Below are positions 26,899-34,103 of a stretch of DNA of 34,103 nt, piece after piece. A program made the position numbers and the translations under genes. Source of the DNA: Candidatus Micrarchaeota archaeon (lineage in GTDB: Archaea; Micrarchaeota; Micrarchaeia; Anstonellales; Bilamarchaeaceae); the NCBI GenBank assembly GCA_040754495.1, contig JBFMCO010000005.1, forward strand, positions 1-34,103, given 5' to 3'. How positions within the stretch are numbered: position 1 is the stretch's first letter; each line of letters opens with the position of its first letter. Below the pieces are notes generated by a model. It was given only the letters and a program-made list of their open reading frames with translations. It did no database searches and was not told the origin of the DNA.

Positions 26899-27513
26899 AT
26901 GGAATTCACCTACCGCGGCCTCGCCCTAACCGTGCTGGAATCGGTCTATCCGCCGGCCGAGGATTCCATCATGCTGGCAAGGGCTGCCGAGGCCCTCCAT
27001 GGCAAGGTCCTGGAGATGGGCTGCGGGTGCGGGCTGGCGTCGCTCGCCTGCGCGGTCATCTCCCCGGATTCCCTGGTCCTCGGCGCGGACATCAACCCCA
27101 TGGCCGTCAAATGCGCGGTGGAGAACGCGAAGCGGAACGGCATCCGCAACGTGCGCTTCATGGAGAGCGACCTGTTCTCAGGCCTCGATGCGAAGAAATT
27201 CGACGCGATACTGTTCAACCCCCCCTACCTGCCCACCTCGGAGGCCGAGCGCATCCCAGGCCAGCTGAACCACGCATTCGATGGCGGCTCGGACGGCAGG
27301 CAGGTCATCGACCGCTTCCTCGAAAAGGCCGATGCGCATCTGAAGCCGGGCGGAATCCTGCTGATTGTCCAGAGCAGCCTCAACGACCTGGAGAAGACGC
27401 GCTCTGCTCTCGCCGCCATGAGCTACGAGGTCGAAATAGCCGACGAGGAGAAATTCTTCTTCGAGCGCATTTACCTGCTTAAAGCGCAAAAACCTACCGC
27501 TCCCTCCGCCTAG
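26899..27513 (+). CDS. HemK2/PrmC-like SAM-dependent methyltransferase
   Basis: VYPPAEDS, LEMGCGCG, DIN, SDLF, FNPPY, GGSDGR; start reassigned to ATG 26899. Confidence 0.92.
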   Translation: MEFTYRGLALTVLESVYPPAEDSIMLARAAEALHGKVLEMGCGCGLASLACAVISPDSLVLGADINPMAVKCAVENAKRNGIRNVRFMESDLFSGLDAKKFDAILFNPPYLPTSEAERIPGQLNHAFDGGSDGRQVIDRFLEKADAHLKPGGILLIVQSSLNDLEKTRSALAAMSYEVEIADEEKFFFERIYLLKAQKPTAPSA

Positions 27514-28063
27514 GCACCGCCCCCATCTGAATCTCATTGAGTACCTGGTCAATGACTGACTCGTGCCCGTGATTCCTTTCAGAGAGCGCCTCCAGCCTTT
27601 CGATTACTTCTTCTGTAGTGAAGGCCGTGTTCTCGACAATGTCAAAAATCTGGTTGTAGACGCCAGCCCTTTCGAGCGCCTCCTGCAGGGCCCGGCTTCC
27701 AGCCCTTTTCCTCTCCACGTCGCTAACCGTTCTCGTATGCACCCTCTCCCCCCGGACTACGTCTTCGGTTGCCTGGCCGACGAAAACGGTGGAGAAAATA
27801 TCCTCGTGCGGTGCCTTGAGAAGCGTCTCCGGCCTTCGCTTTAACGATTCCAGGTAGGACATGCCGCCGAGGCGCCTCATCATGTCTGCGGCATATACCC
27901 GTTCCATCTCAGACACATGCCCGTATCCCATTATGACGGTCGCCAGTGTCTCTATGAGCCTGTTCTTCTGGCCGGTGTCCCCGCGCTCCAGTTCGCGCTC
28001 AGCAAGCCGATATACCCTTGCCAATACGTTGGTATCAAATCTCACTGAATCCCGGTTGCCCAT
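27494..28063 (-). CDS. Hypothetical alpha-helical protein
   Basis: Charged helical ORF; start uncertain (ATG 28063 favoured). Confidence 0.6.
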   Translation of the reverse strand: MGNRDSVRFDTNVLARVYRLAERELERGDTGQKNRLIETLATVIMGYGHVSEMERVYAADMMRRLGGMSYLESLKRRPETLLKAPHEDIFSTVFVGQATEDVVRGERVHTRTVSDVERKRAGSRALQEALERAGVYNQIFDIVENTAFTTEEVIERLEALSERNHGHESVIDQVLNEIQMGAVPRRRER

Positions 28064-28159
28064 CGCGTCTGTCCGGTAAAGGATAGCGTCTAGGTTTTCC
28101 ACACTTGCCCGTTTATGCGGCGACACAAAACAATATATATACACAAAATCATTAAATTA

Positions 28160-28252
28160 CGGAATGATGACGTGAACAACCTCTGATGGCCCGGGTTAAG
28201 CGGCATCCTACGCCGTCCGGGCCAGTATGATGACGTCAACAGCGTCTGACCG
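28160..28252 (+). ncRNA. Box C/D methylation-guide sRNA
   Basis: C box ATGATGA 28164-28170, 12-nt guide, D' CTGA 28183-28186, hairpin, C' ATGATGA 28227-28233, 12-nt guide, D CTGA 28246-28249, terminal CGG/CCG stem; TATA-like TATATATA about 25 nt upstream. Confidence 0.88.
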
Positions 28253-28375
28253 AAGTTTTCCTCCGTCTTGACGCCGGATAAAACTTCACAAAACTTCAGC
28301 CGTATTGACTCCGGCCGGGGTAAAGCCGCAGTACAAGTCTTGGAGCTCGTCATGGACAACGGGTCGTCCATGACG
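28252..28375 (+). other. Three consecutive hairpins downstream of the sRNA
   Basis: GAAGTTTT/AAAACTTC (28252-28287); GTATTG/CAGTAC with inner CGGC/GCCG (28302-28334); CGTCATGGAC/GTCCATGACG (28348-28375). Confidence 0.5.
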
Positions 28376-28409
28376 CACAAAGAACACCTTTTTATAACCT
28401 GCTGGACAT

Positions 28410-28859
28410 ATGTACGTCATGAAACTCGATTTCCGCTCACTTTCGGAAGAGCGCAAGGCAGCCATGTCGGACGTCGTGTCGGCTTTTGCCCGCTCCGGGA
28501 AGCCGTTCTCCCTCCTTGTGGAAGGGCTGAGGATGCTTTCGGCCCCGGGCCGCGAGAGCGCGCAGTCCATGCTGGATTCGCAAAGCCCCATCGCCGACTT
28601 CGGCGTTACCTATGGAAAAGGCGTGAGGTGCAAGCACGCCCTTTCGAGGGAGGACGCGGCCATCCTCATGCAGCTCGCGATTGAGCTCAGGAAGGAGGCC
28701 GGAAGCGACGCCGCAGCGCAGAGGATGATTGGGATGGCCAAAGAGGTCCTGTTCGAGGGCAAGCCCCTGCCAAGGAACCCGTCCGAGCCGCTTTCCGAGC
28801 CCCTCTGCCGCGTGCTGACCTCGATTGACCCCGAGGTCGGGCAGACCTCCATGTTCTGA
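28410..28859 (+). CDS. Hypothetical protein
   Basis: 149-aa ORF (start could be 28419) after a TTTTTATA box at about 28389-28396. Confidence 0.7.
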   Translation: MYVMKLDFRSLSEERKAAMSDVVSAFARSGKPFSLLVEGLRMLSAPGRESAQSMLDSQSPIADFGVTYGKGVRCKHALSREDAAILMQLAIELRKEAGSDAAAQRMIGMAKEVLFEGKPLPRNPSEPLSEPLCRVLTSIDPEVGQTSMF

Positions 28860-28867
28860 AAGCCAAT

Positions 28868-30083
28868 GTGAACTACCCCGCGCTAAGGTGCTGGGCGTCC
28901 TGTTTCATAGACGTCTTTTTTGTGACATCTCCACAGGCGTTACTTCCCGGCGTCCCACCGGTAGCTCTGTTGAGTATGTTTATTGCGGCGTTAAGGTCGC
29001 GGTTTATGCTCAGTCCGCAGGATTGGCAGTTATGCTGCCGCTCCCACAGGCCCTTTCTGACCAGTTCTCCGCAACCGCTGCACTCCTTTGAAGTGTTCCT
29101 CGCATCCACAAATACGACTTTGCAACCAGCTTCTTCCGCTTTGTAGCAAAGCATATCTGCGAACCCAGCCCATCCGGCGTCGTTGATTTGCTTCCCGTAT
29201 TTTTGCCTTGCCATAGCGGCAGAGTCCAAATCTTCAAGCGCTATCAGGGAATGAGAACGAACCATCTGCCTGGACAACTTATGCAGGAAGTCCCAGCGGG
29301 TGTTCCTGACCTTCTCATGCAGGATGGCTGCTTTCTTTTTGGCAGTCTGGCGGTGGCAGCTGCCGTTTTTCTTTCTTGATAGGTTCCTTTGCCTTTTTGC
29401 CAGTTGTTTCTCATATTTTTTCAGGTGCCTTGGATTTTTGATGGTTGTCCCATCGGAAAGGGTTGCAAGGCTGGCCAGCCCCAAGTCCATGCCAACCCGG
29501 GTGCCATTATTCTGTATGAACGGTTTCGGCTCTTCTTCTGCCGTCAGGATTGCGTGCCATTTTCCTGATGCTTCCCTTTTGAGAGTAAGCGTCCTGATAT
29601 CGCCCGTCACCTCCCTGTGCAGCCTGATGTTGATTTCTCCGAAAGGAGTGACTCTCAGCATCTTCCCCCGAAGGGAGAAGCCGAATTGTGGATACGTCAT
29701 GCTCTTCATGTGGTCTATGCTCTTGAAACGAGGGAACCCCGCTTTCAAGCCCTTCCTTCTTTTTCCCACCATGCAGCAGATAGCCTTGTTCAAACGCCTG
29801 AAAACATCTTGGGCGACCTGAGAGTACAGGCCGCTCGTCTTTGTGAGTTGGTTTAATGCAGTTGCTGTTGAAAACTTACCATACGTGGCATAGGTATCCC
29901 TCGTCAGTTCCAGCATGTCGTTCCAGAGATTTTTGGAGAGCCGGAGGTGTGCTTGCATCTCCCGGCATTGCACCTTATTTGGATACAGACGGAACTTCCA
30001 TGCGCGCATCGGCATACGAACTCAGAGATGAAGATGATTTATAAGCTCGGCCTGGCGCCCCATTTCCGCGGCAAGGGAATTGA
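28868..30083 (-). mobile_element. IS200/IS605-family (IS1341-like, tnpB-only) element
   Basis: Right end GCCCAGCACCTTAGCGCGGGGTAG-TTCAC ending at 28868; candidate left-end hairpin TCAATTCCCTTGCCGCGGAAATGGGG at about 30058-30083 (boundary uncertain); no tnpA. Confidence 0.75.
28873..30015 (-). CDS. tnpB: TnpB RNA-guided endonuclease
   Basis: FRLYP HTH start, GMDLGL (RuvC I), ALEDL (RuvC II), TSKECSGCG...CQSCG zinc finger, NRDLNAAINI (RuvC III); all three catalytic residues intact. Confidence 0.96.
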   Translation of the reverse strand: MPMRAWKFRLYPNKVQCREMQAHLRLSKNLWNDMLELTRDTYATYGKFSTATALNQLTKTSGLYSQVAQDVFRRLNKAICCMVGKRRKGLKAGFPRFKSIDHMKSMTYPQFGFSLRGKMLRVTPFGEINIRLHREVTGDIRTLTLKREASGKWHAILTAEEEPKPFIQNNGTRVGMDLGLASLATLSDGTTIKNPRHLKKYEKQLAKRQRNLSRKKNGSCHRQTAKKKAAILHEKVRNTRWDFLHKLSRQMVRSHSLIALEDLDSAAMARQKYGKQINDAGWAGFADMLCYKAEEAGCKVVFVDARNTSKECSGCGELVRKGLWERQHNCQSCGLSINRDLNAAINILNRATGGTPGSNACGDVTKKTSMKQDAQHLSAG

Positions 30084-30165
30084 GCGGCTATGAACTGTAT
30101 CCATACGCTGAAGCTGGTGGTGTCAGCGCCAACGTGAATATAAACCTTTTTTCCCTAATCACTGC

Positions 30166-30414
30166 ATGGCTGACAGGTCAGGAGAGATTATCGCCGAGCT
30201 GACAGGCATCGGCATCACAGAGCACGACGCGCTCATCATAGCCGACTGCATAATAACCCGCAAGTCCTGCTCCTGGGTCAACACGGACGAAGTTGACGAC
30301 AGGATGCTCAAAGACCTCAACGACCTGATAAAGAAGAACGACTACCGCATAAAGGTCAATGTGGATGCGGTCCCCACGCGCAGCAAGTTCATCTGGGACG
30401 TCAAGGTTCTCTAA
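30166..30414 (+). CDS. Small hypothetical protein (82 aa)
   Basis: Genome-typical codon usage; TATA-like ATATAAA about 25 nt upstream. Confidence 0.75.
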   Translation: MADRSGEIIAELTGIGITEHDALIIADCIITRKSCSWVNTDEVDDRMLKDLNDLIKKNDYRIKVNVDAVPTRSKFIWDVKVL

Positions 30415-30559
30415 GGTTTTTCCTTTCTCCTGCAATTAGCTGCTTCTCTTCTACAGACTAGGTGGACGCGGTCTAAGTATAAACCCAGGCCGCGTCAGCC
30501 GAAATTTCAAGCCGCGCCGGTAGACGTTTTATTAAATTTCCCGCGCCAAAAACAATCCC

Positions 30560-30949
30560 ATGAGACCTTTCGCATGCGACATGATACTGATTGAAGGCGG
30601 GAAGGTGCTGCTTGTCAAGCGTGCCAGGGAGCCGTTCAAGGATGAGTGGGCCCTGCCCGGCGGACGCATAGAAGACGACGAGACCGCAGAGGAATGCCTC
30701 AGGCGCGAGATGAAGGAGGAGACCGGCCTTGATGTCGAGCCGGTAAAGATGACCGGGCTCTACTCCGACCCCGGGCGCGACCCCCGCAAGATAATCGCCG
30801 CTGCCTATCTTGTGCGCCGTGTTGGCGGAGAGGTTTGCGCCGGGGACGATGCCGGGGAGGCGGAGTGGTACGACCTGAATGACCGGCCGGAGCTGTGCGC
30901 CGACCACGAGAAGATACTGAAGGATGCGCTGAAGGCGCTGCAATCTTAG
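30560..30949 (+). CDS. NUDIX hydrolase (ADP-ribose pyrophosphatase-like)
   Basis: Nudix box GGRIEDDETAEECLRREMKEETGL, plus RDPR and AGDDA. Confidence 0.93.
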   Translation: MRPFACDMILIEGGKVLLVKRAREPFKDEWALPGGRIEDDETAEECLRREMKEETGLDVEPVKMTGLYSDPGRDPRKIIAAAYLVRRVGGEVCAGDDAGEAEWYDLNDRPELCADHEKILKDALKALQS

Positions 30950-31001
30950 TATTTTGTGTTAAAAGATATATTATTAAGGATATAACGGCATACCCTTACT
31001 G

Positions 31002-31795
31002 ATGCAACTCATCCAACCTTCGCTTCGGGATGTCCACCGGGCGGAAGCATCGAAGAGATTCGGCAGGTACAAGCCGGAAGACCACGCCACAGTAAGGCCG
31101 GCGCAGCTTCGCGGAGATGAGTTGGGGCATCTTCGGCAGAAGAGGGAGCTTCTGAGGAGCATGAGCCCGGAGCAGGCGATGCAGGTAATCGAGTTTCATC
31201 AAGGCCTGAACGTTTTCGAGGCTCTGGCGCTTGCCAAAAAGGAACGAAAAATACTCGTTCCGAATTATGTTCTCGACAGGATTCTGACTGAAACCGACGA
31301 TGCGGTTTTTTTCGGGAATTACCCGGTTTGGACCGGAACTGCAGTAGTCTATGAAGCCCCGGGAAGGCGTTTGGGGAAAGGGCCGTTTTCCGCTGGAAAG
31401 ACGAAGATGATACCCAACACACCATGTCATTCATCGTCCCAGTGACATTCAGAGGCATAAAAGACTGCGCGCTTGTCGTTGAGCACCCGGACTTCGATAT
31501 GGTAGGCATGGGCGGCAACACCTATGAACTCAGGGCTGATGAGAGCAGTTTTCACCTGCTTGAGCATTTCCCGGGCAGTCGCCCATGGCACTGTTGTTAT
31601 GATGAAAAATTCAGGATTCCGGTCGGGCCGGCATTAATAGATGGGGATGGTCCCACGAGAACTTTATTGAGAGCCGATGGCAGTTATATCGGCTCTCTGG
31701 CCCGCGTCGTCTACAGCTACTCCATCGGCGGCGTCGGGCGTGACGTCCTTGCCGATGTCGACTGGTCCAAGGCTTCTGGGGTGGCCCTTTTCTAA
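31002..31795 (+). pseudogene. Frameshifted paralogue of 31806..32588 (ORFs 31002-31445 and 31424-31795)
   Basis: Restoring one G at about 31366 gives RAFGERAVFRW, aligning with RAFGENVVFHW of the intact neighbour; the downstream frame continues FRGIKDCALVVEHPDFD. Confidence 0.85.
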
Positions 31796-31805
31796 AGTGA
31801 TTTTT

Positions 31806-32588
31806 ATGCAACAGGCTCAACAGCCAAGAAGCGATATCCCGATAGCAGCAGCTTCAAAGCGCTTTGGCAGGTACAATCAAATCGGGCCTGAGCCTGTGCG
31901 GCAGATGGCATTGGACGCAAACGAGCTCGAGCACCTAAGGCAAAGACGGGAACTGCTAAGGTGCATGACGCCCGAGCAGGCGTTGCAGGTAATCGAATTC
32001 CACAAAGGATTGAACGTTTTTGAAGCGCTTGACCTTGCCAAAAGGGAAGGCAAAGTCATCGTCCCGAATTACGTGCACGACCGGATTCTAACCGAAACGG
32101 AGGGCACTGCCTTTTTCGTGAGCTATCTAGTCTGGACCGGGAGCGTGGTAATCTACGAAGCTCCCGGCAGGGCATTTGGGGAGAACGTAGTTTTTCACTG
32201 GGAAGGCCGCGATAACGCCCAACACGCCATATCATCAGTCATCCCACCCGCATTCCGAGGCATAAAAGACTGCGCGCTTATAGTCGAGCATCCTGATTTT
32301 GATTTCGTTAGTCTCGGAAGCCGGAGCTACGAACTCCGGGCCGCCGATGAAAGCAGGGTTCATTTGCTGGAAAAATTCCCGCGTGAAGGCAAACACCCGT
32401 ACCGTTTCGATGAAATATTAAGAATACCTTCAGGTGCTCGAGTCCAGTCCGATGACGGGGTCCGCTATCTTGGGAGACTTGACCACTCCTTCCTGGGCCT
32501 TGTTGCCCGGGGCGGGCTCGGCATCAGCAGGCGGAACGTCCTTCTCGGCAATGCGCCGTCCGTTGCGTTCGGGGTGGCCGTCTTCTAG
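31806..32588 (+). CDS. Hypothetical protein with DGR-target-like (CLec-type) C-terminus, 260 aa
   Basis: Start reassigned to ATG 31806 by alignment with the paralogue; ends GLVARGG...RRNVLLGNAPSVAFGVAVF. Confidence 0.75.
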   Translation: MQQAQQPRSDIPIAAASKRFGRYNQIGPEPVRQMALDANELEHLRQRRELLRCMTPEQALQVIEFHKGLNVFEALDLAKREGKVIVPNYVHDRILTETEGTAFFVSYLVWTGSVVIYEAPGRAFGENVVFHWEGRDNAQHAISSVIPPAFRGIKDCALIVEHPDFDFVSLGSRSYELRAADESRVHLLEKFPREGKHPYRFDEILRIPSGARVQSDDGVRYLGRLDHSFLGLVARGGLGISRRNVLLGNAPSVAFGVAVF

Positions 32589-32597
32589 AAAAAGAAA

Positions 32598-33122
32598 CTA
32601 CTCCTCCTTCTCAATCAGCGCCAGGTCGCCGAGGGCGACCAGGTCCTCATCGGCCTTGGCCTGAGCTTGGGCCTGCTTCCTCGCGCTTATCCTGTACGTC
32701 TTCATCTCGTCGTAGAGCTTGCGCAGCTCGTCGCGGATGACCTTCAGCTCGGTCTCTATCTGCGTTATCTCGGTCTTGCCGTCCGTGATGTCCTGCTCGA
32801 CGTACCTGATTTTGCGCCTCGCGCGCTCGACCTCCTTGTACTTGTCGAGCTGCTCATCGATTTTCTTGAGCTGCTTTATCAGCTCCTTCTCCATCTTGGG
32901 CGTATAAGCCGCGGTCGCGATCTTGAACTCGAGGGCCCTCTTCTGTTTCCTGTAGGGGGCTATCTGGACTTCCTTGGTCTGCTCAAGGAACGGGCGGAGC
33001 GCCTTCTCCTCGTATTCCTTGTAGCGAATCCTGCGGTTGAGCTGCTTGATGCGGTCGATGAGCTCGGACTTCTTCTTCTCGAGCTCTTCTATCTTCGCCC
33101 TAAGCGTCTCTTCGTCAGTCAT
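32598..33122 (-). CDS. Archaeal coiled-coil protein (COG1340-like)
   Basis: Continuous heptads and LEFKIATAAYTPKMEKELIKQL motif; start could be 33128. Confidence 0.8.
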   Translation of the reverse strand: MTDEETLRAKIEELEKKKSELIDRIKQLNRRIRYKEYEEKALRPFLEQTKEVQIAPYRKQKRALEFKIATAAYTPKMEKELIKQLKKIDEQLDKYKEVERARRKIRYVEQDITDGKTEITQIETELKVIRDELRKLYDEMKTYRISARKQAQAQAKADEDLVALGDLALIEKEE

Positions 33123-33210
33123 GAGCATCACAGGAATCAAAATGAGCGTCTGGCTGTTTCCAATTATTCCATAGGAACTAATTTAAACATATCACCGAGA
33201 CGTTCTTTCC

Positions 33211-34103
33211 ATGAAACCGCTTCTCAACATCCTCCTCTGGCTAGCGCTCGGCGTCATGCTCGGGGCCGCGCTTTACCTCGTGGCATTCCAGCCGCCTGGG
33301 CTGCCTGCAGGAAACATCACCCCTCCCCAGAACCTCACCCCGCCGCAGAACCTGACCCCCCCGCCGGAGGACAACAAGGTCAATATAACTCTCATCGAGG
33401 CCCCGGGCTGCGTGGAATGCAACGCCGACGGCCTCCTTCTGGACCAGGCACGGGCGGTCATCAACGAGTCGCTGCTCTCCGAGGGCTCGGCACGCACTCT
33501 CCAGTACTCGTCCCCTGAAGCATCGGCCCTCATAGCCAGATACGGGCTGACGGAGCTTCCCGCGGTCATCATCGAGGGGCCGGTCGAAGCCGACCAGGAT
33601 TTCGTCTCATCCTGGACGGACGGCGTCGGGACGTACGAGCAGGGCGCGCTCATCTCGAGGCTTCGCATCCCGCCTTTCTATGATGTGGAATCTGGCCGGG
33701 TTGTCGGCCTCGTGGAAGGCATCGGCATAAGGGCGTCCGGATGCCCCGAGTGCGCCGACCCTGCCATGATGATAGCATCCCTGGAGGGGCCCTCTTACGG
33801 CGTCGTCTTCTCCAACAAGACATTTTACGAGGAGAACGACCCCGAGGCCCAGCTCCTCATCGCGGAATTCAACATCACGAGGCTCCCTGCGCTCATGCTG
33901 GGCGCCGAAGGAATAGCGGCCTATCCGGTTTATGCCCAGCTCTCCATGATAGGCGAAGTGCAGGGCACCTGGTACCGGGCGCGCAACGCATCGCCGCCTT
34001 ATGTCGACCTTCTGGACAACCGCAGCATCCGCGGCTTCGTCGATGCGATATATCTCAACGACTCGTCCTGCGCGGACTGCTTCGATGTGGCATCGCTGTC
34101 GGA
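33211..34103 (+). CDS. Membrane-anchored protein with repeated thioredoxin-like CxxC modules (partial, runs off the window)
   Basis: Not in the ORF track because its stop is outside the window. MKPLLNILLWLALGVMLG TM, three N-x-T-P-P units, then CVEC, CPEC and CADC, each in a module containing an LPA motif where complete. Confidence 0.85.
   Translation, partial: MKPLLNILLWLALGVMLGAALYLVAFQPPGLPAGNITPPQNLTPPQNLTPPPEDNKVNITLIEAPGCVECNADGLLLDQARAVINESLLSEGSARTLQYSSPEASALIARYGLTELPAVIIEGPVEADQDFVSSWTDGVGTYEQGALISRLRIPPFYDVESGRVVGLVEGIGIRASGCPECADPAMMIASLEGPSYGVVFSNKTFYEENDPEAQLLIAEFNITRLPALMLGAEGIAAYPVYAQLSMIGEVQGTWYRARNASPPYVDLLDNRSIRGFVDAIYLNDSSCADCFDVASLS
33313..33366 (+). repeat. Three 18-bp coding repeats (NITPPQ NLTPPQ NLTPPP)
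   Basis: aacatcacccctccccag aacctcaccccgccgcag aacctgacccccccgccg; each unit carries an N-x-T sequon. Confidence 0.85.

Noticed and set aside
28252-28380. H/ACA guide RNA call for the hairpins followed by ACA
   Set aside because: No clear pseudouridylation pockets or K-turn/K-loop motifs; kept only as an unassigned structure.
28873-30015. TnpB as the Cas12f effector of the cas1-2-4 module
   Set aside because: It is 27 kb away, bounded by IS200/IS605-type ends, 380 aa with ordinary TnpB motifs, and has no adjacent array.
30061-30070. CATTTCCGCG shared by the tnpB left end and the 21021-21138 element
   Set aside because: A single 10-mer match is plausible by chance and no right-end motif accompanies the 21 kb element; worth rechecking only if more copies are found.
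31371-31383. Programmed -1 frameshift at GGGGAAAG
   Set aside because: The heptamer is not in the X XXY YYZ phase, and the alignment places the lesion upstream at about 31366.

Overview
Archaeal chromosomal window from a GC-rich genome, most likely DPANN/Ca. Micrarchaeota. This is inferred from RadA, pelota, CTP-dependent riboflavin kinase, archaeal RecJ/GAN, a bacterial-type class I GAPDH, TTTAA/TTTATA TATA boxes and GGTGA-type RBSs. Left to right: the right end of an IS3-family element 21 bp upstream of a cas1-cas2-cas4 module (no array or effector in the window); crtB-amino acid dehydrogenase-GNAT; a complete proB-proA-proC pathway interleaved with three PaaK/F390-synthetase-like adenylating enzymes (one truncated); pelota, a heptamer repeat, a YkgJ-type protein, lipoproteins and a ~1250-aa surface protein; a radA locus with a small DUF736-like gene, a 30-bp palindrome over the predicted TSS and two multi-hairpin non-coding elements; a GXGXG protein, VirB2-like pilin, gap, aminotransferase, RecJ-like, ribK and HemK2; a box C/D guide sRNA predicted to target 23S U2552; a solo tnpB IS200/IS605 element; a NUDIX gene; two tandem paralogues with DGR-variable-region-like C-termini (one frameshifted); a coiled-coil protein; and a partial multi-CxxC thioredoxin-repeat protein. 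Best leads: the proline/adenylation cluster, the structured radA leader and its TCATGGAC-N8-GTCCATGA palindrome that recurs at 28350, an N-terminal peptide motif shared by unrelated proteins, and the DGR-like targets. Family calls come from motif recognition and recall; no database searches or folding programs were run.
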